Assembly: GCA_051362555.1 (NCBI GenBank)
Contig: CM120649.1
Coordinates: 16,382,567-16,446,566, forward strand
Direction: 5' to 3'
From: Lingula anatina
Lineage: Eukaryota; Animalia; Brachiopoda
Length of the DNA: 64,000 nucleotides
The translations under genes and the position numbers were made by a program. The notes below the pieces were generated by a model. That model was not told where the DNA came from. It did not search any database and saw only the letters and a program-made list of their open reading frames with translations. The first letter of the stretch is position 1, and every line of letters starts with the position of its first letter. Shown here piece after piece: positions 11,848 to 24,323 of this stretch.

Positions 11848-14800
11848 CTATTTCCTTCCCTTAAAATTGCGCTTCTCTTTGTGGTAACCCAAATTTTTTT
11901 TCATCCTCGATAGATGGCGCTTCAACGTGGCAATATCAAGAAAGATTATAATTCCCACAATAGCCAAGCATACTCCCAGAGCAAATGTCCCAATCACAGC
12001 GGCACCTGTAGCTTCCACAGGCGGTTCTCCTCTTTGACGGGCAGATTTTGGCATCTCAAGCCGATGAGCTGAAGAACACAAATAAAATACAATGTTGTTA
12101 ACATTACATAAGCTGCATGTTATGTGCAATTAACAAAAATCAAAATAAGTTTGTTTTTTTTATCTATTTTGAACATGCACGCTCTTTTATGTTACATTAT
12201 TCTTTTATCCCGTTCCGTTTTATATGACGGTTAATTTAAATTAGGAACAGTTTAGTCACGTTATCTCCATTTTCTGATAAATATTTTAATATCTGTAACT
12301 TACAGACACATTGTGCAAAACTTGGAAGCCATTTTCCAGAAGCATGGCACCTTGCTTGTCTTGTTGTACTGCCATCTATAAATACTGAGCCATTTTCGCA
12401 TGCATACGAAAGTTGAGCCATATATTCCGTTGATGTGACGTTGATAGTCATCCCCGAAACATTTTCCGGAAGGTTGCATTTAACAGCTGTAAGGAAAGGG
12501 TGTGACTTTATAGTACAAGTACAGGTAGTAGATATATATAAACAAATAAGTAAAACACATTTAATTTATCTTCATTTTTGATTAACCTCAACATTTCATA
12601 ACTCAATCAAATGTTCGTCTGCAAACAATCCAAGTGCAGAAAGCGATGATTATATAATTTAAATGCTTCTTTACAATTATTAAACACAAGTGCAATTCTC
12701 TTTGTTTTTTGGTTGATGTCACATTGACTTAGTAAGAATTCGATAACACCAAATGACAAAGTATCCATTCTACAAGATCAGGAGTCTTTTTTACTCACTC
12801 TCACAGCTGATGTTAGCTGTCAGGTTCCACGCCAGACTCTCCAGGCACACCAAAGTGATATTGTCCTGTCTTGTGTTCAGTCTGTACCCTTCAGAACATT
12901 CAACTGTGGCGACTGTTCCATCCACGCTGTAGATAACATTTGTGTTTGGCATGGGAGGCAATGGAGGGCATTGCAGGTGGAGTTGGCTTGTTGTCATGGA
13001 AACCTTGCTTACAGTTGCAAACTGTAGGTCGCCTTCTGAATACACACTATGTGTTGGCTCTGCTATGGCTGATTGTGTTGGCAATGCTGATTGTGTTGGC
13101 GATGCCATGGCTGATTGTGTTGGCGATGGTATGGCTGATTGTGTTGACGATGCTATGGCTGATTGTGTTTGCAATGCTATGTCTAATTGTGTTGACAATG
13201 TTATGGCTGATTGTGTTGACGATGTTATGGCTGATTGTGTCAGCAATGCTATGGCCGATTGTGCTGATGTGATGGCTGATTGTGTGGGCGATGCTATGGC
13301 TGACTGTGTTTGCGATGCTATGGTTGACTGTGTTGACGATGTTATGGCTGATTGTGTTGGTGATGCTATGGGTGACTGTGTTGGCGTTGCAATGGCTAAT
13401 TGTGTCAGCGATGCTATGGCTGATTGTCTTGGCGATGTTATGGCTGATTGTGTTGGCGTTGCTATGGCTGATTGTGATGGCGATGCTATGGCTGATTGTG
13501 TTTGCGATGCTATGGCTAATTGCATTGGCGATGTTATGGTTGATTGTGGCGAAATAAATTCTAGACCATCTGTTGGTGAATCCGCAGGCACACTGGTTGA
13601 TACGACCACGGATAAGATATTGGCTGCTGAGTCTAAATTGGATTCTGAGGTAATTTTAGATGCACTGGGCATATATGAAAAGGTCATCTCTGTTAAACTG
13701 GCCATCACGTGTAAGGGTTCGCCCATAGAAATGGTGGGTGACGTCACAGTGGTTTCTGACCCAGTATACGTGAAACTGGAAACAAAAACTGTTGAAATGC
13801 TATGTGTTGTCACACTGGTTTCAGACCCAGTATACGTGGAACTGGAAACAAAAGAGAGAGTTGCCGTAGTTTTTTCGCTTGGTTCCGTCGAAATTACTGT
13901 GGGATTCATTTCTGTTAGAAATACCATTGTGTCCGAGATTGTGTTTGTTAGGGTATCTGTCGAACTTTCTATTAGCATAAATGTTGGTTCCGAGATTATT
14001 TCCGTGGAATTTCCTGAAAAACTACTTTCGGTTGATTCTAAAATCGTTTTTGTTGAAATTTCTGTGGAATCTGAGCTAGTTTCTTTGGACACTATTGTTG
14101 ACACCAAGCCGGATTCTGTCAAAATTTCTGTAGAACTTGAACTCGTTTCAGTTGGTTCCGAGTTTGTATCCGTGAAAGTCGAGCTTATCTCTCTAAGCAT
14201 AAATGTTAATTGCGAGTTGGTTTCTGTCGAAGCATCTGTAGAAGTTGACCTAACCTCTGTGAACATAAATGTTTGTTCTGGGTTAACTTCTATCGAAATA
14301 TCTGCAAGTGTCGATCTGACATCAGTGATAATAACTGTTGCAATTGGCTCCGCATCAGTTCCTGTAGAGGTTTCTGTGAAAGTCGTGGTTTGCTCTGTAA
14401 AAATCATTGTCGATCCTAAAGAGATATGTCTGGACTCTACATTGGTCTTTGAGGTAATATATGTCGCCTCAGTTGGCACGCTACTTGTCATCGAAGCTGA
14501 TTTCTGTGTGGTTGCTTGAGATCTTACATTCAGATTGACTATTTCTACATTCCCATCTAGGGGCGCTAGAGGTGCATTTGCAGGCGGTTGGCCTGGAATA
14601 AATGCAGGGCTATATATTTTCACCAAACAGTGCAAAAGAAAATAGTGTTGAGTTAGATTGGTACCTTGAGCAATGTTTCTGTATATATGTATAATTTAGA
14701 AGGTTGCGTTATACTATTTGTTTACCCGGATGTTAGAAGGGTGGATGTGAATGTGGCCGAGTTGTCTCCTCCAGAACCACTAGTTAAAAATATACAGTTA

Positions 14801-17800
14801 TATTGTATACTATTAGGTTATGATGATTGTATTCGCCCTGAATAGAGACCATTCACCTGGATAGCCTCATTCCTTGATGAAGATGTTCTAGAGAGAGATC
14901 AAAATATATGAAGTAAACAATTACAATATTAACTGTTGGTGAACGAAAATCACTTAATTCTTATAACATAACAAAGCTGATGGAATTATTCATCGAATTG
15001 ATTTGAGTCTTTTGATTTCTGTCTGGTGTCTCCTTTTAACTTTCCCCAAGTTTACCATCAGGTAGGAGGGGGTGTTCAACCATCCTGGATCTCAGGTGAC
15101 ATTAATCAAACGAGTGATTTCTGCTAAGTGTGTGCCAAGTGCTCTTGGTGGGTTGAGGAGTGTTTACGCACAGTGCACATTTTAGAGCAGCCTGAATGCA
15201 TTCTCTATTGAACTGGTCAGAAATCCATTAAAAACGGTTTGAACACTCAGTTTAAAGTAACACGTTTGTGTATTGATTTCGAAAGACAGCGTAAAACTGA
15301 ATTGTTATAACGAACAACAGAAGGCGACCAAGAAGACGTCAGAAGCGATGGAAAATATACGAAGGTCATTTTATGTCGTAGAATGGAGAAAAAAGTTCGA
15401 CGAAAGCGGAATTTTACCTGCAGCTCTGCAAAGAGGTCTTGCGTCGGATTCGTCACAACCGACAGCCTCCCATAAACATAAATCGTCCTCCTCGCAGTCG
15501 AGGTGGGCGCACAGAGTACCGTCAGGCTCTGGATCCCCCAACTCCCAGTCAGAGTACTGTATAGGCTCTGTCACCGGCTCTGTCCACTCCCATTCTCCAT
15601 TGCCGTTTTGGTCCATCGCTGATATCCAGAAATACGCGTATACCCTCTTGCTGTAAAACAGATAGAAACTTTGCAAAGATCAGATCATGTTGAAAAGTAG
15701 GTTAAAGTTCAATTTTAAGGTCAGAGATTGCCGGTATATGACTTCCTATTCAAGTCCAATAGTAACTATGGGCATACCTTTGCCGGAGATATAACGGATA
15801 GAAACGTTGCAAAGTTCAGTCCATGGTGAAAAGAAGGTCAATGACCCATTCAACGTCACAGTTAGATTGCCCGCATTTTATGACTTCCCATACAAGTTCA
15901 ATAGTAACTATGGGTGTATCTCTGCCAGTTTTGGAGATATAAGGGATGAAAAAGTTGAAAAGTTCATTTCATGGTGAAATGGTCAACGTCAAGGTCACAG
16001 TTAGATTGTCAACATATGATTTCCCTTTCAAGTTTTATAGTAAGTATGGGCCTATCTCTGCTAGTTTTGGAGATATAAAGGACCGAAAGTCAGTTCATGT
16101 TGAAAAGTAGGTCAAAGGTAAATTTTAAGGTCACAGATTGACAGTATATAGCTTCCTATTCAACTTCAATGCTAACTATGACCCTATCTCTGCCAGTTTT
16201 GGAGATATGAAGGACCAAAATCTTGCAAAAGTCAGTTCGTGTTGAAAAGTAGGTCAATGGTCAATTTCAAGGTGACAGATAGATTGCCAGTCTATGATTT
16301 CCTATTCAAGTTTAATAGTAACTATGGCCCCATCTCTGCCAGTTTTGGAGATACAAGGGACTAAAATGTTGCAGTTTTGGAGTTACAGTAATGTGCCATA
16401 AATTTGTGCACAGAAGAACTTAACTGAAATAAAGAAAAGGTCATTTTGATTAATATTCATGAAATGGGAGGTGCTCAGAAATTCTAGATGTTCAAATTTA
16501 TTAAATAATATCATTTTTGACCAGAAACTGTCTCGCTATGCCTTATGTTATATTTCCCAGAAATTGTATGCATATTACCGTATTGCACATTTTGTTTTCA
16601 CAACCACAATGTACTATATGGAAAACAAAAAAAAGCGGACACCACTTCCAATGTTGGGCTTGGCATGCTCTACAAAATGCAAAGAACAAGGTCTCTAGCA
16701 TTATCGGTTCCAGAATTAGACAGGGTTTAAAGTATTGGCTGCTGTCCCCGTGAAAATGCACCGATTGACCACAAACTTACGTATTTGAAAATATTATAGG
16801 TGAGGTCTGCGTAGTTTCTGAAAATCGGCGTAAATAATTTTTTTCGTAAAAAAAATCCTATTTTTAGAAAATTTTGGCCCAGTTCACCTTGATATAAAGG
16901 TCAAAGGTCAAACTCAAGGGCATATTTGAAATCTCCACATATGACTTTCGTTCAGCCATCTGTAGAAATTTTTCCCATAATTCCTTCGGTTTGGTAGATA
17001 TTTAGCATTTAATTTTGAAAATTTTGGACAAGGGTGCATTGCGAATCACTATAAGAACTACCTACTGTACCAGTATAGCTGGATATTGGGCGAGTTTCGG
17101 AACAATACAGATACCTGCTATTGGGTCAGAATTCTTTTATTTTTGAGTGCAAAAGGTGAATCCAGTAAAGCGAGCAAACGCTGAAACTTTTCTTCTTTGA
17201 TTCTGCGGTGCTTACCTTATTAAATAATCGTAAAGATTTAATCGCTCCGTGGACGACTCTATTCTGCTCAGATACCAAGTGCCAGCAGGGCGAAGTGACG
17301 AACAATATGTCTTACTCGCCGCCTCTGTTTTTGACCTAGTACCTGCGTGGTAGACGAAGGTGCTTCCTTGGAGACAAAAGGCCGCCAATGTGTTGTTGCA
17401 TGCTACACCTGTGGCATAATCTAAAATAGGTGATGAGGACTCATTCAATGTTCTCTATTAGATTTTCTAGCCATATTTGTTACATGATATGTAGACACAA
17501 AAAGTTATACAAAATGACAGACGAGAAAGAATGGTTTGATAAACAAATTGAAAAAAACGATATTAGAAATATCCTTGATAAACTAATAGACCAAAGCAAA
17601 AGAAAAATTAAGGAATCCTACACTTTTGTAGATAAACATTTTGTCAACAATCGGTGCATCCACGCCTGTGCATGTTAAACACGTTGCTGTTGTGTTGATT
17701 TGGGAGCCAATTAAACAACATTGATTTCCTGAACACTAATGAACTAGAAGGACAAGAACCGCAAAGGTCGCTATATTTTGACATAAAAAATCTCCCACAT

Positions 17801-17891
17801 TGCCTACAAAGATATAATATGTGTACTTACAGACATGAAAGAATAACAACAGTCCTAACAGCATCAGTTGGATAGTTTTAATCGGTTTCAT
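11848..17891 (-). CDS. Gene A2: type I membrane protein, C-type lectin, long mucin stalk, 2x sushi, TM (about 898 aa, no CUB)
   Basis: Exons 17831-17891 (signal MKPIKTIQLMLLGLLLFFHV), 17216-17420, 15418-15650 (CTL), 12799-14592 (mucin + sushi), 12304-12486 (sushi: Y.CENG..C..SGKW), 11848-12068 (TM AVIGTFALGVCLAIVGIIIFLD + basic tail). Total 2697 nt, in frame. Confidence 0.88.
13060..13550 (-). repeat. 24-nt coding tandem repeat (A/T-S-P-T-Q-S-A-I)n, about 20 copies, in the A2 mucin
   Basis: gcgatgctatggctgattgtgttg unit repeated in tandem. Confidence 0.92.
15664..16380. repeat. About 120-bp tandem repeat (about 6 copies) in A2 intron 2, likely the core of a non-autonomous element
   Basis: Unit aaaagtaggtcaa..aaggtcacag..gacttcctattcaagttcaatagtaactatggg..tctgccagttttggagatata. 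A related fragment is at about 16880-17000. Absent from the homologous A3 intron. Confidence 0.8.
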
Positions 17892-18477
17892 TCTGTACAA
17901 GCGAAATATCGGAAACTTGTTCAAAGGGTACTCCTTCGTATTATACGATGTTACGCTGTGTGCGATAAATCGTGTCGAAAACCTTGATTTTTATCAATGT
18001 TTAACCGTGTGTCAAAATGTATGGCTTGCTCCGTGGGCCGTGTCTAGAAATAATGCATTACCAGTGAAAGCTTCAAAATATTTTCATAAGCTATTGTCTA
18101 TGTAATAAAATATGTTTCTATATTATTTGAACAGGTGAATATTTCACAAGTTATACTGTCTTTTCCTATATTGCCCCAACAACCATAACGCTTGATTGTC
18201 GCTTTCATCGCAATATGTTAAGACATGGAATTAACACTGTTGCTAATACAAAGCACTACGGCTGTGCTGCTTTCTGTACCAGTTCAGTCCCTGAATACGA
18301 GATGCTTTGTTATGTAAACAAAGTAAAGACAGATGCTTGTCTTTTTTCAAATAAAACAACAAGCGCTTCTCAAATATTAATGATTGATAAAATACCTGTT
18401 CCTTAAACAAATATTATCTCTCCTGACTATGTTTACAGACCGGAAGGCGAGTCAATACTGATGTCGTCTAATAACTG

Positions 18478-18715
18478 ACAAATATTGGAGAAACAAATCC
18501 CAGGACCGGTTGTACAAACAAACGTTAGTTCGGAAATTTGTTTAAACTTTTAGACGAATGTCCGGTCTACGTCAGTTTAAGGACAGATTTTGGACAAACA
18601 TAGCTGGCAAATATTGGGCAATCAAATCACAGGCCCGGTTGCAAAAACAAACGTAGTTCGGTAACTTGTTCTAACATTTAGATAATTATCCGGTCTACGT
18701 CAGTTAAAGGGACAA
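18478..18715. repeat. About 130-bp tandem duplication upstream of A2 (single copy upstream of A3 at about 30128-30235)
   Basis: caaatattgg...ccggtctacgtcagtt occurs twice. Confidence 0.75.
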
Positions 18716-20409
18716 TTCCCAGACCCAATCGTACTAACTGTGGATCGATCTATCACCAAGGGGATTATTGGTAAATTGCAATCAACTTTCTTGGCTTAGA
18801 TGTCTGTCACGCATGTTGAAACTGCCAGGGAGTAATTAGTTATCGTTTATCAGCTTGAGTAGGCGTGCCAGGCATCTAAGCCGCTTAAGCTGAAATCAAT
18901 TTAGCGAGAAAACCCTTGGATTTGGATGGATCCCGTTCGATCGATCTAGGTATGGGAACCCAGTCAAAGAAAAGTCTTATTACAGCCATCTACAACCATT
19001 ATACCAAAATATTTCCAAATTTAACGAAACCAAGAACTAGTAACATAAATATTGTTTACTTCTCGTGAAAAAGTTACATCATATGAATGTACAAGACATG
19101 TTACCATACTAATCCACCACCAAAATTTGAACAAACATTGACGTTTGGGCAGACGGTATGTTAGCATGGTGCTTGCATGTATAATTTAAGGTACATGTAC
19201 CGGTACATGAGTTCGGGCGTGCATAACTACTGGTAGCAGTCCTATAGCTTAAAGCTACTCCATATTGGATTTACCCTCCAAAATGAATTGACTTCAGGGG
19301 CGGGGCAGGGGTCAAATTCTTCTCCTCAGCAATCATTGTTCGACCCGACCCTGGCCGTGGATTCGAAGCTTTATTTAGATTTAATAACCAGTCCAGAATT
19401 AAATATCGACACCAGTATCTTTTTTCGGGGGTGTTTCTGGTTTTAAAGGTAAGAATTGGGGAAGATCAAAGTGCCTGTTTTTCAAATAGATATTATAACT
19501 TTTGACTATTAGTATACTTACAGGCCAGAAGGATAGGCTAGTCAGCCAGAGAAAATGTCACTTTTTGATAATTTGAAATGCCTGAAGTATACCTTAAGGA
19601 TGAGAATGTAGACCGTTGTCATCAAGATATACTAAAAGAAGGAAATAAATAATAATTACTTTCTTTATTAAAATTTTACTTCATGTCTATGTCCAAGTGG
19701 ACTTTTTTATGTTAAGACTTTAAGTCACAAGCTAAGGCTTGTACAAACCAACATTCCTGGCACATTTGAACTATATGTACAGTTACGTGTGTGTTATAAT
19801 GTAGTTTTTCTTAAATGCAACTTTATTACGAATCAATAAAGCGCAAAACGAATACCGTGGAATCTCTCATCCCCCCCCCCCCCCCAGCCCACACTGTGAT
19901 TGCACACCTAAGAATACATTCGAAAGGATTATGAGATAAGATTGCAAGAAACACAGTGTTATATGAAACACTTCCCATAGGTAATCTAATCTATGCAGAA
20001 ACATCGGCAGCCCCTTATCATCAAAAATAATCTCGCACTGTATGTTGTACGTTATAAGTAACCTGTTTTAGCTTGCTCGACTTTCTCATAAAAGTAACGA
20101 CTACCCGCGCAAAAAAATGAGTTTCTCAGACGTTGAAGATGTGACCATGTTGTTGATCCTGCATATCTGCCCTTCAAAGTTACCACATAAGTTACAGTAA
20201 CGATAAGGTGACAATGAGGGCTATATTCAATGTTCTTTTCCCATCTCTGCTTCAGCACGCCTTGTATTCTTTTAACTGAAAATCTTGCAATTTATATTAA
20301 ATAACGGATTACTGTTATTCTTGGTTTGAACAAGGACGGGTGTAGATAAAATATCAAAGTATCATATTTTACAATGCTGCTTTCAATTGCCGTCCAAAGG
20401 TTTTCACTT

Positions 20410-23400
20410 TTAATCGTGGTCACACTTAATTACGTATTTTCTTGCCTTCAAATTGCGCTTCTCTTTGTGATAACCCAAATTTTTTTTCATCCTCGATAGA
20501 TGGTGCTTCAATGTGGCAATATCAAGAAAGACTATAGTCCCAACAATAGCCAAGCATACTCCCAGAGCAAATGTCCCAATCACTGCGGCACCCGTAGCTT
20601 CCACTGGCGGTTCTCTTCTTTGACGGGCAGATTTTGGCATCTCAAGCCGATGAGCTGAAAAACACAAAAAAGAATGTTTTAACCAACCATATGATGTAGG
20701 TATGTAATGTGCAATCAACAAAATTCAAAATACGCTTTTTCTTATTCATTTTGAACATGCACTCAATTTTATGTTGCATAATAGTTCTTTTATCTCGTTC
20801 TATTTTATATGATGGTTAATATAAATCAGGATCAGTTTCGACACGTTAACTCCATTTTCTTATAAACATTTTAATATCTGTAACTTACAGACACATTGTG
20901 CAAAACTTGGAAGCCATTTTCCAGAAGCATGGCATCTGGCTTGTCTTGTTGTACTGCCATCTATAAAAACTGAGCCATTTTCGCATGCATACGTAAGTTG
21001 AGCCATATATTCCGTTGATGTGATGTTGATAGTCACCCCCAAAACATTTTCCGGAGGGCTGCATTTGACAACTGTAGGGAATTGAGGATGACTTTATAGT
21101 TCAGGTAGTAGTATTTGGAAATTAATAATTATACCACATTTAACATACAGTATCTTCATTCTTTGATTAAACTTAACATTTCATTACTCAATCTAATGTT
21201 TGTCTGCACAATGACGGCGTAATCCAACTGCAGAAAGTGATGATTATATAATTTAAATGCATCTATACTACTATTTAATACAAGCGCAATTATCTTTGTT
21301 TTTCGGTTAAAGATGTTACATTCACTTACTAAGAATTCGTTTACATCAAATGTTTTATAATGATAAAATACACAGTCTACAAAATCAGGAGCCTGTTTAC
21401 TCACTCTCGCAGATGATGTTAGCGGTCAGGTTCCACGCCAAACTGTCCAGGCACACCAAGGTGACATTGTCCTGTCTTGTGTTCAGTCTGTATCCTTCAG
21501 GACAATCAACTACGGCGACTGTTCCATTTTCAAGCGGAAACCCCACACCCACGCTGTAGATAACATTTGCGTTGGGTATGGGAGGCAATGGAGGGCATTG
21601 CGGCTGGGCTTGGCTTGTTGTCATGGTGACGTTGGGGTCAAAGGCATTGGTCGTCAACGTGGAACTGGAGTTGGTTGGCGATGCTATGGCTGATTGTGTT
21701 GGCGATGTTATGGCTGATTGCGTTAGCGATGTTATGGCTAACTGTGTTGGCGATGCTATGGCTGATTGTGTTGGCGACGTTATGGCTGATTGTGTTGGCG
21801 ATGCTGTGGCTGATTGTGTTGGCGATGTTATGGCTGATTGTGTCGGCGATGCTATGGCTGATTGTGTTGGCGATGTTATGGCTGATTGTGACGAAAATAA
21901 TCCTGGACCATCTGTTGGTGAATCTAACTCGCCTGTTTCCGCAGGCACTCGACTTGATACGACCACGGATAAAGTATTGGCTGTTGAGGTTTCTAAGTTG
22001 GATTCTGTGGAAATTTTAGTTGCACTGGGCATATATGAAAGAGTCATCTCTGTTAAACTGGCCATAACGTGTAAGGACTCATCTATAGAAATGGTGGGGG
22101 ACGTCACACTCTTTTCTGTCGAAGTATACGTGGAACTGGAAACAGATTCTGTGCACATTACCGTATGTTCCCTGCTTGGCACTGTCGAAATTTCTGTAGA
22201 ACTCAAACTCCTTTCTAGAAATGCCATTGTGTCCGAGATTGTGTTTGCTAAGGTATCTGTCAAACTTGAGCTGGTTCCTATTGGCATAAGTGTTGCTTCC
22301 GAGATGACTTCCGTCGAATTTCCGGGAGAACTAGTTTTGGTTGGTTCTAATATTGTTTCTGTTGAAATGTCTGTGGAATCTGAGCTGGTTTTAATGGGCA
22401 CTGATGTTGATACCGAGCTGGTTTCTGTCAAAACTTCTGTAGAACTCGTTTCAGTTGGTTCCGAGCTTGTATCCGTGAAAGTCGAGCTGGTCTCTCTAAC
22501 CATAAATGTTGTCTCTGAGTTGGTTTCAGTCGAAATGTCTGTAGAAGTCGAGCTGATTTCCGTGAACATAAATATTAGTTCTGGGTTAACTTCCATCGAA
22601 CTATATGTGAAAGTTGATCTGACATCTGTGATAATGATTGTTGCAATTGGCTCCACATCGGTTCCTGTAGAAGTATCTATAAATGTCGATGTTTCCTCTT
22701 TAAAATTCACTGTCGATCCTAAAGAGATATGTCTGGATTCTACATTGGTTTTAGAGGCAATATATGTTGACATCATGACATCAGTTGGCTGGATAGTTGT
22801 CATCGAAGTTGATTTTTGTGTGGTTGCTTGAGCTCTTAGATTCCGATCGATTATTTCTACATCCCCATCCAGGAGCGCTACGGGTGCAATTGTAGGTGGT
22901 TGGTCTGAAATTAACGCAAGGCAATATATTTTTCACCAGACAGATCGAAAGAAAATGTTGTTGAGTTAGCTTGGTACCTGAAGCAATGTTTCTTAAATAT
23001 ATGTCGACGTTATCGCCTCAATTGGCTCGATAGTTGTTATCGAAGTTGGTTTCTGTGTGCTTGCTTGAGCTCTTAGATTCCAATTTGCTGTTTCTGTTAC
23101 GTCATTCCTGCTTGTTCTATTATTGCTATTTTCATTTTTGTAAGTGACTTGTGTGTGTCTTTGCGTGTAAAACAAGACAATTGAACAAGTGGTGTTATTG
23201 GACTTACAAACAGAATATGCAGCACGAAACCCTCGTAGATTTACCGAATAGTCTGCGTAGAAAAGAACTGAAATTGTCTTTGCAATGACATCGGCAGGTA
23301 ATGTGGACCCACATACAGTCATCACACCGGTAATGCCATTAGACAACTCGTGTCGGACCTGCTTGAAATAGAAAGTGACGTCAAATCACTTCTAACGAAA

Positions 23401-24278
23401 ACGGGGCATTTTCATGAATATTTATATGGGTAAGTGCACTGGATATATGTACTGGTATTGGTCTGTCTATGCGGTTAACAGAGAATTTGCATACGTATAC
23501 ACTACGAACCTCGGCAGCGATCTATACACAGCATCGATGTCAGTCCGACTTTTTGTATCTATATTTTTCTGTTAATCAAATAATTGTTCATTTTATTTAT
23601 TTTTGAGTAATTCGGTCGTTTCCTTCAATTTTTGTTACGATCTTAACCGAATACTTTCACCTTAATGCGATCCCAAACGCAGTTGGAGTGGGCCTCCAAT
23701 TGGAAGTCTACAAAATGTAACAAAACGTCTCGACTTGTGTCTGCTGCTCGAATTTCGTAAACACAGATGCTTCTATCTGGGTAATTGCTGGGGTAGGACG
23801 GGGAGGTGATATTCCCATTCCCGGCTATAAAGTGGCCCCCGCAATCTACAAAATGAAAACGATAAAATCAACGCACCAAATTATTCAAATAAAAATATTT
23901 CACCTTTGTGAGAATGACCTTAGTACTAGCAGCTTTAGAAACCCTTGTTTTCTGACATAATTCCTCTTTCTGTTTATTCTCTTTGTGTATATGTGGGCAA
24001 TCGAAAGGGTGCTAATTGATGTCCGACATAGTGTGCTAAAGACAGATGTAAATCACATAGACTCGTTAGGTGTTAAAATCAAGGGACCCTGAGTGGGTGT
24101 ATCTCGCACACCCTCGTCTAGCATGTACTAGTTGGGCAAACATTGGGCTTTTGTCCTTAGTATCCAGCGTAAGATAAGTGAAATATACCAAATATACCCC
24201 GCCGACCCATGGTTTAATAATAATGATGATGATGATGATGATGATAATGACAATAACGATAGTAATTGTTAGTATAAC

Positions 24279-24323
<45 letters not shown>

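Noticed and set aside
13060-13550. Regular short repeats resembling a CRISPR array
   Set aside because: Head-to-tail 24-nt coding repeats with no unique spacers, no cas genes, and a eukaryotic context.
12942-14519. 525-aa plus-strand ORF with (MADCVGDA)n; likewise 21572-22831 and the MLWLIV-repeat ORFs
   Set aside because: These are antisense shadows of the Ser/Thr mucin exons. The minus strand has the splice sites and domain continuity.
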